Shown: one piece after another, positions 49,175 to 64,000 of the stretch | Position numbering within the stretch: position 1 is the stretch's first letter | Layout of the letters: the number at the start of each line of letters is the position of its first letter | NCBI RefSeq assembly: GCF_009914755.1 | Contig: NC_060934.1 | Strand: one strand, 5' to 3' | Length of the DNA stretch: 64,000 nt | DNA from: the human T2T-CHM13v2.0 reference genome, Homo sapiens | The notes under the pieces: generated by a model | The model's database searches: none | The model's input: the letters and a program-made list of their open reading frames with translations, nothing else | What the model was told of the DNA's origin: nothing | Translations under genes and position numbers: made by a program

Positions 49175-52100
49175 TCAGGATTTCCGATCTCAGATCACTC
49201 TGTTCTCCAGGTTCTTCCAGTTCAGGCAGCAACACAGTGTAGGAAAGGCTACATTTGTGCAGAAACTATGAACACAGTCTGTGGAATCTGATTCCCTGAG
49301 TTTAAATCCCCTGTCTACTACCTACTGGCTGGATGACAAAGAGCAACTTATTTAACCTCTGCTTGGATTTCTTCATCTGTGAATCAGCCATAGTAATAGG
49401 AGGCTACTACGCAGAGTTATTTTGAGGATTAAGTGAACAAATACTGGTAAGGTCTTAGTGGCTTCCAGTGGGAGGTACTTAATAAGGGTTGTCTATTATT
49501 ATTATTCACTCATGAAATATTTAAGACCTATTATGGCTCCTCTCACCGGGGCTGCATAACCCTTTAGCCTGCAGGACTGGTCACTACTGGCATGGAGACT
49601 TCTAGGGAGGTGAGAGACAATTTTTTGGCTTTGTCCCATGGAAAGCATAGAGCTGAAATAAGGGATGTCAAGGACTGGGCTCCCAGATGGGAGGAAAGGG
49701 AGGCCAGTCGCGTTGCTCGGGGACTGGGGGTGGGCATGGCTGGGGAAGTACACTGCACTCTGCACTTGAGATCCAGGCCAGTTCTGCATGACCCTGGCCA
49801 GCGCGAGCCTGCCAAGGCTTGCTCTCAGTAGAAACAAACAGCATCGCCTGCAAAGTGCAAGCTCCCTCCTCTATCCATCCCAGCTTTACTAGGATGACAG
49901 AGTTATAATTACCCGTGCCATGAGCTGTTATTAGAAGCCAAATGCAGCTTTAGTGATCCTAGTAGAGGCTGAAAAATGGAGGACTGAGTGGCTCCAGAAC
50001 ACATCAGGGCCGGGGCAATATGTCTTGATGCTGCCTCTTCATGTCCCCGTCACATTCCAGAAGTGTCCTGAGTTGTGCCATGGGATATGTGGTGTCTGCA
50101 GCAACCCCCATTTATTCTGGGACAAGTTACCAGCTCTTGGGGTTTCTCCTCCCCCAGGCTTCTCTTCCCCTAGTGCTGCCTGGTAGCTGCCTGGTACTGC
50201 CTGAACTTGCAGAGCAGGGGCCAGGGAAGAAAGTTGCCACCAAACTGTGGAGCCGGGTTCCCCAGGTGGCCTTGGGGAGAGGTTGGGGTTCAAGTGAGAA
50301 AGCCAACATTTAGGCAGTTATTAACAGCTTCTGTGATGAAATATTTAACACGTGTCTCCAAACCAGTATTTTTGAGCAACAGGCAAAATGATAGGTGATT
50401 CTCCTAAACATCACTTACAGCACTATTATTCCTATTTCACAGATGAGGAAACTAATCTCAGAGAGGGTAAACAGTGTGCCTGAGGTCACACAGCATAAGT
50501 AAAAGAGTTGGGTTTGCCTCTACATTCTATTTTCTCTCCATGACACTGTGGCTTCCAAGGTTTTTTTTTGTTTGTTTGCTTTTTGTTTTTTGTTTGTTTG
50601 TTTGTTTTTTTGACAGTAGAAGTCTTTGTTCAAGTGAAATCGGTTCCAGAACTGACAGAAGATAGCTCTAGCTACACTGCTGGGGGCTTTGGCTACCAGC
50701 TCAATCCCTGCTTCAGGGTCTGTGGTAGCTCCTAGGGCATCTGTACCCCTTCTGGGGATCCCAGGACAGGGACTCAGAGGACTCAACAGGGGGCTTAATA
50801 AAAACCCCAGGGCTTCTTTCCTGGTACCACCCAGCTGGTTCATCCTCCAGAGGCTGGGACGGGACTGAGAGTGTGGCTCTGATCAAAGCTCTCCTTTTTT
50901 CCCAGCTGCCCCTCTCCTATACTGCGGGGGTCTCGGCTCCCTGCAGAGCAGCAGCAGAGGGAAAACTATTTTGTAACAACGCAGGAAGGAGGCAGACCTT
51001 GCTGAATGCGCCTCTGCCAGCACCAACAGCCAGGAGCCAGGACCTGTTTGTGAGGTGGAGGGGAGAACTGGCCCCCACAGCCCAAGCTGGGGCCACTTTT
51101 CCATCCTTTGCAGAGAGGAAGGGAAGGACACTCAACCTCCCTCCGGGCACCTGGGCCTGAGTGAGGCCCTCTCACTTCTGGGGACCACTGCTGAGGGCAT
51201 GGCGTGTAGCCTGCAATGTGGCAGTTAGAGAAAGCCAGACTGAGGAGGACGCCTCAGGCCCCGGACCACAGCCCCACTGTCAGTCCAGGCAGGCCTCCTG
51301 GGCTCCCTCCTTCCCTCCCATCTCCCTCCCTCAGAGCTGCCCTTCACACTGATAAGTGGCTATTTTGAAATGAAAAAAAAGTTCTAATGACAAGTCTAGG
51401 CTGCTTCCTTCTGACAGGGTCTCCTAGGCACTTAGCTCAGTGTCCTGGGAGGTGGGAGGAGGAAAGTGAAGCCACCCAACCAGCTGGGCTTGCAGTCGGT
51501 CACGCTGTGCCTTGGAGCAGGCGCTGTCATGAGTGGAGACCTTGCCTGTCCCCATCCCTGCAAGAAATTGCTGTTCCCCTGCCTGTGCCATTCCCAGGCC
51601 CCTTCCTTCCTTCTACCCAGGATGGCCAGACCTGAAACCATTGCCCAGCCCCAGCAGAAGAGAGGCTTGCCCCGCAGCCTGCAAGTGGGATTGGGTGTTC
51701 CAAGCATCACCCCTCTTTCTTAGTTCCCTGATGGGTCCTGCTTCTCACAGCCCTCACACCCTGCCCTTTGGCTGGCGCTGCACAGTCAGGTGCCTGGTAA
51801 ACAGGGCATGTGTTCCTACCTCCATTCTCAGGTGAGGAAACTGAGCCCCAGGAGCAGTTCGGCTGACTCTCCCCAGGTCACATGGGTTCTTAGCATCTGG
51901 CCTGGACCCTCTCAGAGCTGGGCTCTTTCCACTCCACTGACTGACCGTGTCTTCAAAAGGAGAACTGTGACCTGCAAAACACCTTCGTGGAGGCTGGAGC
52001 AGCCACCATCCCTTCAAGGATGACTCCCCTGGCTGTGACATTGTCACTCCTCTCTGGCGGTGGTGCCAGTTGTTTCCTTTGCTTGGAATCAAAAGGCCTC

Positions 52101-52784
52101 CCAGAATTCTGGGACTTATATTTAATAAATCACAAATGAAATGCTAATTGATGGTTCGGATGTAAAGACTAGAGGAAGTGGGAAAATGTTAATGATATAC
52201 AATTTCACGAAAAAAAGAGGACAGAGAATTGTAATTAGGGTATGACTAAAATGGCCCCCCCAAAAGAGGCCTACATATAGGTTAATTATGTGGAAGAAAA
52301 TATTTGGATTGGAGTGACTCTGGGTGATTTTTTCCTTCCTTTTATTTACTTTTTTTTCTGTAAAGAACATAATTCTAAAATAAACAAACAAAAATGAGAG
52401 AATTCTTCGAGAGTCCCGGTCACAGCAGCTGCAGAGAGAGGTACAGTGTGAAGAAATGAAATCCAACAAGTGAAATATCAGAAATGTCAGAAATCACCTT
52501 CATTGTTCTTGGAAGGAGGCTGATAGTAGGAGAACAGGCCAGCGGCAGGCCATGGAATGGCTAAGTGCTTACCACACCACCGAGTCCATCCCTTACATTC
52601 ACAACAACCTGTGAATGAAGTGGGTGTGAGTCTCTTTGTGACTGTTCTGCAAGTGAGGAAACTGAGGCTTGGAGAAGCTCAGTAACCAGCCAAGGTCAAC
52701 AGCAAGTGAGGGGTGGAGCTCGTGGCTCCCATTTCTACCTGATGGCTGCCAGGACACAGGGGCCTGCCTCCCATGCCATCCTAA

Positions 52785-53147
<363 letters not shown>

Positions 53148-53676
53148 TAATCTTCCCATAGACTTGATTCCATCAGGCTGCTCTCGACATGGTGGCTACC
53201 TCCTGTGTTGCTCCTAGCACATGTCTCTACTTTAATACCTAAAACATCCTGTTTGGGTTGGCTTTGGCAATATCCACCTCTCCCTCTATACTGTGAGTAA
53301 CTCAAGTTAGGCCAGTGTTCCTCTGGCCTGTGATTGGGACTGACCCCTTCCCACAAGACTCGGATGTTCTAGTTTTTCTCTGTTTCTGTTCCCCTATGCA
53401 GGTATCCCTGCTTGCTAGAATAAAAAAAAAAAAAAAAAAACAAAAAAAAAACACTGCTTTGTTCTTTTTAACTGTTCATCCATACAGCAAATACTTATCA
53501 CAGGCATGCTAGGTACCAGACACTATTCTAGGGACCAGGGATACTGTAACAACAACAGTAAAGTGGACAAAAATCCCTGTTCTCATGGATTTTTCATTCT
53601 AATGTAGGTGACAAGCAATAAATGAAATAAATGGTATAGTATGTTAAAGGGCGACATATAAAAAATACTCTATACA

Positions 53677-53851
53677 CCGTATTTCACCCAGTCTAAGGTG
53701 CCATCATTTGTAAGGCACCACTATTTTTTGGTACCAACTAGAAAAAAAATGTTGCAAATCAAGTGATGAGACTCCATCAACTGTAAAATGAATTTTTATT
53801 TCAGAGATATTAATGTGTGAAAAAATGTGTCTTGAGATCAATGAAATATGG
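53677..53851. mobile_element. TcMar-Tc2 MITE (MER104/Kanga-like)
   Basis: Terminal inverted repeats CCGTATTTCA / TGAAATATGG, followed by TA. Confidence 0.6.
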
Positions 53852-54867
53852 TAATATGTTCTATAATATATACCTAATTAATATGTAATATATTAGAATG
53901 TGTTTTCATGATTAACTTCTGGCATGGGCTAGGTTTTGATAGCTTAACAGAAGACATGGTATATCAGAGGGCCAGGGGTAAGTATCTGAAGACACCTCCT
54001 GTTTTTACTACAAGGAATCAGACTAGTTATTTGAACCATAAGGCTTTGACTCAAGAAGTCCTCACAGTGGCTGTGCCCAAGTCCCAGGCTAGGCATTACT
54101 ATTATCATTAAATTGTTTAAAAGTGACTGATCTAGCCGTTCTTAACCAGGGACATGAATCAGACTCATCTGGACAGTATTTCTAAAATTCAGGTACTAAG
54201 TTATATATTTAGTAGAATTTGGAGGTGGAAGGCAGATTGCAGGAATATGTAATTTGAGAAAGTTCTCCAAAAGATTCAAATGTGCACCCCTAGTTAAAAA
54301 AAAAACAAACTCAGATATGGGCCAATTTTCTTGTTTAATAATTGAGAAAATTGAGACCCAGAGAAGCTATATAATTCATCCAAGTCCACACAGATGGTGA
54401 GTTATTGGGCCTAGGATCAAATCGCCTGATTCTGAATCACTTTCCTCTTTTTACTCTACTATACTTGTCTTGGAAACTGAGACCCATAATGTCATGGCCT
54501 GGGTCACCATGTGCAGAGAACTATCATAGGCTATGCCCAAACTCAAGTCATTTAAGCCTCTGATTTCCCTCCGGAGAGCAGCTTCTCTGTGACTGAGGCA
54601 GCCACAGCACCTGTGGCCCAGGGCTAGGCCTCTCCTCGGGCAAGGCAAGAAAGGCCTGACTTGGCCAGAGCAGGAGGGTCAGACTGGGTCCCACAAAGCC
54701 AGCTGAGGGAAGTCATCTAGCTTGAAGACATAATCAATCCCTTTTCCCAACAAGATGAAACCTACAGAATGGTAAGGATGGAAGGGGTCTTGGAAATCAT
54801 CTGGTCCTGGTTTTCCCAAACCTTCTTCTTTGTACCAGCTGGCATCTTTTTGAAATGCAGCTTCCTG

Positions 54868-55215
<348 letters not shown>

Positions 55216-57030
55216 TCATTTTCTGTAGGGCTGGGCCTGAGAGTCTGTATTGTAAACCATCCTTATATCAGGCTCTGATAGTCGATGTGAGAACCTTTTC
55301 TCTCATCCAGCATTTGCAGTAGTATTGTGCAGCCCTTCAGGGGGCCACATAGTTCAAGGTCACCTCGGAAGTTAGGAAGAGTTCAGACTTGCCAGGGCCT
55401 CTAATTCTAATTCATGTATGTTTCCCAGGGCAGTGGACTGCACTGTGTTCTGAGCCTCTGGGCCACGCCCCCAGGCAGACTCCCCTCCCCGCAGCAGGCC
55501 AGAGCCATTCTTGTAGTTCTCAAGTGCATTGGGGTAGACATTGGTTAAGCCCCTCGTGCCAGCCAACTGCAGTGTAGCTTTACCTGGTGCACCTGCTGGG
55601 GAGCTGGGAGTTTCCACCACAGGCTTCCCAGATAGGATTTCTGTCAGCGGCTTTGACAGAATGCCTCTGTCCACACAGCCTCCCCCACCCCAAGCAGCAG
55701 GTAATGGCTGACACTTAAATCAGGCAACTTTTAAACTTAACACCACTGAGAGGCCTTGAGTTGGGGACCAGAGGTTGCTCCTAAAGGCAGGGAGCAGGTT
55801 GAAGGAGCCTCCGCTCTCTCTGAGCAGCCTGTGCTGTGCCCCACGGCTGGTCACGGCTCTGCAAGAACCCACCCAGAGTGATTCAGAACAACAGGTGGAG
55901 TCAGCGCTCGATAGGAAAACTAGATACCTGCTTGGCTCCAGGCCCTGGAGCGGAATGTGTCCACGTACTGGGCGCTCATTCGCTTGCCTTCCTCAGCACA
56001 CGGTTTACCCTCCCTGAGCCAAGGCAGAGGAGAACCCAGGCCCTCCATCAGCAGCTTTGCCTGCTGCCATCCACCGTTTGCTCTTCTCCTAGTCAGGCTG
56101 CACCCGTTTCTGGAAGCCAACTGCAGTCTCTTCTATGGAGACAGCAGGCAGACCTGGTCATCTCACACACACCCTCTCATCTGACCCACACACCACCCCA
56201 GAAGGGAGGGTGAGGACAACAGTGTTCCTCCCATTTAACAGATTAGGCCTCTGAGGCTGGGAGAAGAGGAGTGGCTTTCTCCAACTCATATGGCTGGTGC
56301 TGCTAATAAGAAAAGCCAACATTACTGAGTGTTTATTCTGTGTCAAACGCTGTACTGAATGCTTTTTGTTGCCTCTCTTCGACTTCACAGCAACCTTATG
56401 TTGTTGTTACTGTTATTCCCCTCCCTTCACAGATGTCAGAGATATTTGATAACTCGCCTGCTGAGGGATAGGATTGAACCCAGGTCATATGACTTCAAAG
56501 TGCACACACTTAACCACCGTACTGGTCTGCACCCTTCTGTCTCCTAATCCAGTGCTCTTTGCCTTTTCCTTGCTGCCCTGTCAGAGAACCCCAGCTGGGG
56601 CCTCAAACCTGTCCCAGTCTGCCTCACTGTGTTGACTCCAGATAGCCCAAGAGCAACCCAACCTGCCTCATGGTGTTGGGCCGAGGCCAGTCATAGCAGT
56701 GAGTGTTCTGGGGTCATGCAGAGGCAGCCCTCAACGATAGAATAGACAGGCCCATTTTTAAATCCATCAAAAGACCTCCAAGGCTCCCCACCCACTAGCC
56801 TGCCCTGACAGGAAACAGGTTGTTAAGAGTCTCAAATGTCAGGCCGTGGTGCTGTTTTGCACAATTGCCATAGGCCAGCGCTCATTTACCCTGCCTTCCA
56901 GCTTCCCTCCCTCTGCCTTTTAAGCATAGATATGTTGCCTAGAGCTTGGGCTGTTTCTGGAAAACAGAGTTGTTTTGGGAGTTAAATGAGCTTATTTAAG
57001 TCAAGCAGTTAGAACAGCACTTGACACTAG

Positions 57031-57403
<373 letters not shown>

Positions 57404-57588
57404 TGTACTTTCTACATTTTCTACAGGAGACATGTATTACTTGCAAGCTAACATAATGAGGTACTTAGCATAAGTTCTGTAGCCCCAGTGGGGATCTCTG
57501 AACCAGGAAAAGGGTAACCCCCACAGCTGGGCACAGATGCCAGGAGAGGGATGATTGAGGCATGTCCGCTCCTCTCCTCTCCATCTAG

Positions 57589-57747
<159 letters not shown>

Positions 57748-59656
57748 TGCTTCTGCTTCTGCTGCTACTGCTGCTGCTGCAAGGTTGGAAAGGAGAGCTT
57801 GCTGAAGTGGGGCCTTCCTGATTCTGGGGACAGGACTAAAGCCTGAGAGGAAGGAAAACCAAGCAGGGCACATTGCTTGGGCTTGTTCCCAGAGACTCAG
57901 TGAAATGCCCCTGATATGTCTCCAGGAGCAAGTCACCCAGGTGTGTCCAGCCCACTGAGGGTCACCAACTCTCTCCCTGCTGACTCTTGTTTCTCTCAAT
58001 CTTTCAATTCGTTTTTCTCTCTTTTCCTCTTGTTCTTTCTCTCCCTCCCTCCTTATGTGCCAAGGATCGTTTCCTTTTCACAAAACCCAACTTCTCAGGG
58101 ATTTTCACAGTGTTTAAATTCTTGGTAGGATATAACAGGTCAGGCCTAGCTGAGTCAGGCAAGGAAAAGGTTTAATGGAAACTCCTGGGTCAGGCGAACC
58201 CCTGCAGTGAGTCTACAGCAGTATCTCTGCCTGGTGTCCCATGTATCCCCTGCATGAGGAGCTGAGTCAGGTCTGCAGTCCTGGTGAGGGGACATCACGG
58301 ACAATCTGTTGGCAGAGCTGGGAGGGTCTTCATTAACCTCTTCCTCCAACTGGGCCACCCTTTTGAAAAGCCCCTGTTTTTAATAACTGTTTCATCCTCT
58401 CAGTTATTCTAGAAATCTGCCAGACTTATGCCTTAAAGTAAAATTAAATGAATTTTAGAGAAGATGAAAAGAGCCCTTCATTTTGGAAGCTCTGATAAGT
58501 TTCCTCCAAACTTATTCCCCTCCTCTTGATTTCAGGAGATGTCAGGGTTTTTCTATTCTGGACAATGAATTTGGTACAGAGTCACTGTAATTAAATATAA
58601 AAACAGAAGCATCTTCCTCCAGCTAAAGCAGCAGTTGGCGCGGGCTTAGGTTGAATGCTGGCCTCTCTGCAAAGCACAGCTTTGGCTCGAGAGGCACAGC
58701 TCCAGGCTGTGGAAAACAGAGTTGTCTTGGGGGTTAAATGAGCTTATTTAAGTCAAGGAAACATCATCTGTCCTTGATTCAGCCTTGGTGCCTGCACTCT
58801 GGGGTACAACCACCTCACAGTAGGATGGTTTTTAAATGGCCCCCCAGTTGGGGGAGAAGCTAAGGAAAGAGAAGGCTGCAGATCCAAAGAGTGGCATTGA
58901 AGTTTGCTGGGTGTCTGTAGGTGGACCCTTTCCAGCTGGGCAGATAGTTGAGGGCTCCCTGGGTTTGACTGTATGTGCAGACTTTGATACCAAAATGTTA
59001 TGAAAAGTCGTGATTCCCGCTGCTCTTTCTGGTACTGGAGGGTGGGTACCTTCAGGCTGTGGGGTCTCTAGCCTGATATTCCATTGAAAGGGTGTGGGAT
59101 AAAGGTGCTGGGGGAAATGAGGCTCTGCCACAGCCATAGAGAGGCCCTCGGGCAGTTAAGAAGGGAGCCTGGAGCTGTTTTCATGAGCAGAGATACTCTC
59201 CTGAAAGCACCCTTCATAGCTTAGCCCAGGAAAAATAAAACAAGGAAGACAGGTCACTCTCCCCTAGGCAGTTCCTGTTGTTTCTGTTCCTGACCTTGGG
59301 CAGGCAGACTGAGAAGGGACTGTGTAGGGTTTTGTTTTGTTTTTTTTCATTTTCCTTTTTATGGCATGTGAGAGCATACTGTACATTCTGTCCTCTGTAC
59401 TAATGGAGGAAGGGCAGAGAGATTAGTTCAAGGCTAACATTTTATATCAGGTAACTGAGGCACACAAAGGGAACAAATGAAGAACATAAAATGATCAGTG
59501 TAAACCTGAAAGCACGCAGTCATTGGCAAGGGACAGGCTCATGGGAGCTGGTGAGAGAGAGCAGTTAAGGCAAGCACCAGGGGAAAGCAGACCAACTTGA
59601 ACAGATGTGATGCGGAGAGGTTGGAAGAAGCAAGAAACCTGAACTCATCATCAGGC

Positions 59657-60070
59657 TATTAAATAAAATTTATAGGAGGCTGTTGGTTTGGACTGAGCTC
59701 CTGCAATAGGCCCAACAGACCAAAACAAAAGGGAGTCACTCATGTTGAAGTTCTGTCTTCCAGGAAATCAGGAGAGAGAGAGAGAGAAAGAATAGCCAAA
59801 TCCCCAAACAGGCCAGTTTTAACCAGCATGATGAAGTGTCCTTGGTTTTAACCTTTATAAGGAAAGCAGCTTTGAGATGACCAGTCTGGTTTTTGTTCTT
59901 TGTGTCTGCTTTCCTCAGCCCTTTTCTGTCTATAAAGCCAACCTCCTCCGCTCAGCTCATGGGAACACTCATTCTATTTTATAGAATGACATGTTGCCCA
60001 ATTCTAGAATCAAAAATAAAGGCCAACTAAGATCTTCAAAGTAAATTTGTTGTAATTTTATCTTTTGAGA
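59657..60070 (+). mobile_element. ERV1 (MER4-group) solo LTR inside the 3' UTR
   Basis: ggactgagctcctgca...ggagtcactcatg motif, TATA-like TCTATAAA, AATAAA, end resembling tcttttgaca, near-TSD AGGC/AGAC. Confidence 0.7.
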
Positions 60071-61215
60071 AGACCATATGGGGGCTGCTGAAAAGTTGGT
60101 ATCTCAAATAAAGTCTGAAGATCACGGCTCAGCCCAGATTGTTCCCCTGGCCAACTCCACAGGTTTGAACCTGGCATTCTGGACACCAGCTATGCCTCCT
60201 CCATTTCTCAGAAAACCTTTGATCTTGTGTGTCTTTCTTCCTACTGAAGGGAATTGTGGGGGCAGTTCTTTGGCCTTCTTGCTGAACTTTGCTGGAAATA
60301 GCCCACAATTTTTATCAGAGGTTAGAACTGTACATTATCAGAGAGACTGGACACTTTATCCCCTAGCAAAGTGGGAGAAGATTTTACCAGCTCATTCCAC
60401 TCCACCCTGGCCTTCCCCCACCCCCCATCCCCAGCAGCATTTCCATGGAAATCCAGATGGTCGTGTAGTGTTATGGCTCTCTTGTGATAGACTGGCCTTC
60501 ATATTGGAGAGCTAGGGAGAGCCCCTGGGAGGGAGAGAGATAAGGCGCTATCTGCCTTCAATCAGAACCTTCGGTTTAAAATCATCTAAGAGTCTATACT
60601 TGTGTGTACATACGTATTTATTTTTATTTATTTTTATACAATTCCATTGGCATGGTCCTTCACCGACCCTATGATTTGCACTTTTTATTTCTATGTGTGC
60701 CACACACAATGCAGTATTAATGGCAACCAGGTAAATATTGATTTATTTTTTAAAGCTTTTCTTCAGTGTTTTGTCAACCATTTCAAAGTGTCTCCCAAAA
60801 AAGGATGCTGAAGAGCAATTGCTCCCTTAAGCAACAGATTCATATTTACCCTGGGTTAATACAACAAAAGGCCTGTATAATTGTCTTTTCATTGTTAACA
60901 CCCAAAATAGCATCTATCTAGACAGTATCCCCAAAGAATTTGGAAAATCTGATGGTGTGAGCAGCAGCCGTTAGTATCAGGGTTTCCCATTCTTGGACAG
61001 TCCGAGGCTGTGACCTGTTAGATAATTAGATTATACTTGAACTGGACCAGAGTTTGTTTTTTGAATTTATGAGAAAAACCAAAACACTAAGTTAAGTTTG
61101 AACTTGTAAAGTATTGAAATTTGTTGAGTGTCCTATAAATTGTCACTACTTTTCCTGATCTGTATAACTGACTGCAAAGTGTTTGTTTTTACAAAAGAGA
61201 AAAGAAAAGATTTTT

Positions 61216-61221
61216 AATAAA
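61216..61221 (+). terminator. Distal polyadenylation signal AATAAA
   Basis: AATAAA with U-rich/UGUA elements upstream and GTGAGTGAGTGACTCTGTGT ~15-35 nt downstream. Confidence 0.85.
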
Positions 61222-61709
61222 GAGAATTTGAAAGCTGTGAGTGAGTGACTCTGTGTCATGCAGGGGTCCCTGACATTTGGCTGGGGAAGGCTCATCAAGC
61301 AGAAAGGTTGAGATTTGGTCCCTTTGAATTGTGAATTATTTTCAAGGGTTGAACAGAGAGGACAAAACAGGTTTTCTTAGGGCTCCAGTTAGGCTACCAG
61401 AGAGAATCAGAGATTCTCAGGGGTGATCCTCGGGGGATGAGTCTGACTAAGTGGGGGCTGCTGTCCTTTTGGAGGCTCAGATACGAACATTTCTTGGCCT
61501 CTTATAAACTCCTAGCTTTGCCACCCAGCGTCCTGCACCAGGGTTAGGCCATTTCTGTAAGTTCCATTCCCTGTGAAGATGAATATCTGGTGGTCAGTGC
61601 TGTAGTGGAAATAGCAGGCACAGGCAGAGGTCTGGCCCTGCCCCTGTTAGCCCATGACTTCCTAAGGCCCGCTTCCTTGGGTGTAAAAGAAGATAAGAGT
61701 ATTACTTGC

Positions 61710-62078
<369 letters not shown>

Positions 62079-62944
62079 TCACCGAATCTTGTTTGTTTTT
62101 GCAATCTGGACAGCAGCCCTCCAAATTTCAGGGGTTCTTAAGTTGTTTCTCAACCATTTCTTCTAGCAAAACAATGCCAGTCTTCTAGGCCCAGTTGGCC
62201 AGTCCTTTGAATGGCCCGGAACCTTCTCTGGGCCCTTCCCTTTTGTTGGCAGTGCTCCTGAGTCAACAGGGAGGGGCTGGGCAGCCTGGACCCAGAGGGC
62301 AAAGTGAGGGGGCCGCCTGCAATTCCTGGGAACAGATTGCAGGTCTGAGGAAAGTTCCTGCTGAGCCTGTTGCTGTCTGCGCCCCACCCCCACCTCCTGT
62401 GGCCATGGTGGACCAAGCTCAGGCCTCCAGTTTCCAACCAGGAGGAGTAGGGAAACCTCCTTTTCTGCAACTGCTATCTATGCCCCAGATGGCCAAAGCA
62501 GTGAATGGGCCTAGACTGGTTCTGCTGCCCTAAGTACAGGATCCAGGATGCTTGGGGGTGCCCCTGGTGCCTAGTCCTAGCATGTTGTTCTATGTGGCAC
62601 AACTCTAGAGAGGGCATCCACATTGTATCCTATAGGATGGCACCCCCTGGAGTTGTGCAATGCAGACACCCAGCCAGGGACACCCCCTTCCCTCGAGTTG
62701 CAGTTGTTCCCCCAAGCCTGGGTGTTCCCATTTGCTCTCTGATATCTCTGTGGGCCCTAGAGCCTGGTTCTGAGCCAGTCCACCAGGCTGGACCTCTGAC
62801 ACTCAGACCTACTCCCTGTACCACACCTATCCCCAGGGATCAACTCCAGACTGCCCCTGCCTGACTCTGCCACAGCCTAGACACTGGGATTCCTCCTCAT
62901 AATGCCCTACTAGGTCAGGGCACTTGGATACTAACCTTGCTTTC

Positions 62945-63242
62945 TTTTCTTTGTTTGTTTGTTTGAGACAGGCTCTCACTCTATCACCCAGGCTGGAGGG
63001 CAGTGGCACGCGATCTCAGCTTGCTATAGCCTCTATTTCCTGGATCCAAGCCATCCTCCTGCTTCAGCCTCCCAAATAGCTGGGACTACAGGCATGTGCC
63101 ACCACCTCTGGCTAACTTTTTTTTGTAGAGATAGGGTTTCACTATGTTGCCCAGGCTAGTTTCAAACTCCTGGGCTCAAGCAATCCACCCACCTCAGCCT
63201 CCCAAAATGTTGGGATTACAGGCATGAACCATCAAACCTGGC
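62945..63242 (-). mobile_element. AluJ-like
   Basis: Antisense Alu consensus. Confidence 0.9.
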
Positions 63243-63624
63243 AACAGCAACTGTTAACTGCCCTCTTAGGCAGTGGTTGGACATCTGGGCTCAACCCTGT
63301 CAACTCCCCATTCTCTTTTCCCACAATGGCAGTCATATAAAGGTGCCTATCCTGAGTGAAATTCCAAGCATGTTGGAGCAGGATGGCCCCAGAGACCCCC
63401 AAGCCTCTGCTCTTCCTTTTACAAGCCAGAAAACAGGCCCAGAGAAGAGAGGTGACTTGTTTGAGGCAACACAGCTTATTGGTATAGGGCCAAGACTAGA
63501 ATCCAGATCCCTTGAGTCTTGCTGGGGCTACTTGGAGAGTTTATGATATTTCGATTACATTATCGTGTGAATTTTCCAGGTCTGGTCCTAGCTGGACTTT
63601 GGCACTCAGCAAGGGACTCAAGAG

Positions 63625-63820
63625 AAATCATGGATTCTCATGCTTTGGGTGCATCAGCCGCACCTGGTGAGCTTGCTAAAAATGCATATTCCTGGCGCCC
63701 CCATGGAGATTCTGACTCATTAGGTCACGGGGAGGACCCAGGCATTTGCATCTTAGCAAGCCTGGGGGGTAATTCAATGCAGGTGCAGTCCACCGATGAC
63801 ACTTAGAGAAACACTGCCCT
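63625..63820. mobile_element. MER5-like DNA transposon
   Basis: ggattctca...gattctgactcattaggtc...cttagagaaacactg pattern. Confidence 0.6.
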
Positions 63821-64000
63821 AGATGTCAACCAGGGACTTCCCCAGTAGCTCCTGGAATAGAAGCAGCATTTATTTTACTGGGTGGTAGGGCCATTCAAGG
63901 TAGGGGCACTTTAGTGTGAAAAAGGCTTGACAGTAGGAGGCAGAGAAAAGGAGACCAGCATGGCCATGGCAGAAGGGGCTGGTGGCAGCTGGTGGGTGGG

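Larger units (their letters stand above)
57748..61240 (+). other. RBM20: RBM20 3' UTR (~3.5 kb; end approximate)
   Basis: Runs from the stop codon to AATAAA at 61216 with a downstream GU-rich element; AU-rich distal part. Confidence 0.85.

Noticed and set aside
60078-60515. 145-aa ATG ORF in the 3' UTR
   Set aside because: No recognisable homology or coding signature; it cannot be supported without ribosome profiling.

Overview
This is human (primate) genomic DNA covering the 3' ~61 kb of RBM20, the cardiac splicing regulator of titin, on the + strand. It contains the end of intron 1, coding exons 2-14 and the complete ~3.5 kb 3' UTR (poly(A) signal at 61216), followed by ~2.8 kb of intergenic sequence. 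All 13 exons have AG acceptors and the 12 internal exons have GT donors. They join into one open frame of 3493 nt; with a 191-nt exon 1 CDS (recalled, outside the window) this gives the 1227-aa protein. Domains visible are the Leu-rich region, ZnF1, RRM, the RS region with a wild-type RSRSP hotspot, the Glu-rich region and ZnF2. Introns are rich in Alu, L1, MIR, LTR and DNA-transposon relics; repeat subfamily names and boundaries were assigned by eye and are approximate. I see no foreign insert and no demonstrably new biological system. The best leads are: (1) a 48-bp near-perfect direct repeat with a palindromic core flanking the last coding exon; (2) a 23-nt decoy copy of the exon 13 acceptor 105 nt upstream; (3) a possible in-frame, stop-free 750-nt exon 8-9 circle or skip covering the RS domain; (4) splicing-control motifs: a G4 before exon 9, QKI motifs at exon 6, RBFOX motifs inside a GT repeat, and an Alu-derived cryptic last-exon acceptor; (5) a cysteine-string extension behind the stop codon; (6) a sense solo LTR inside the 3' UTR.
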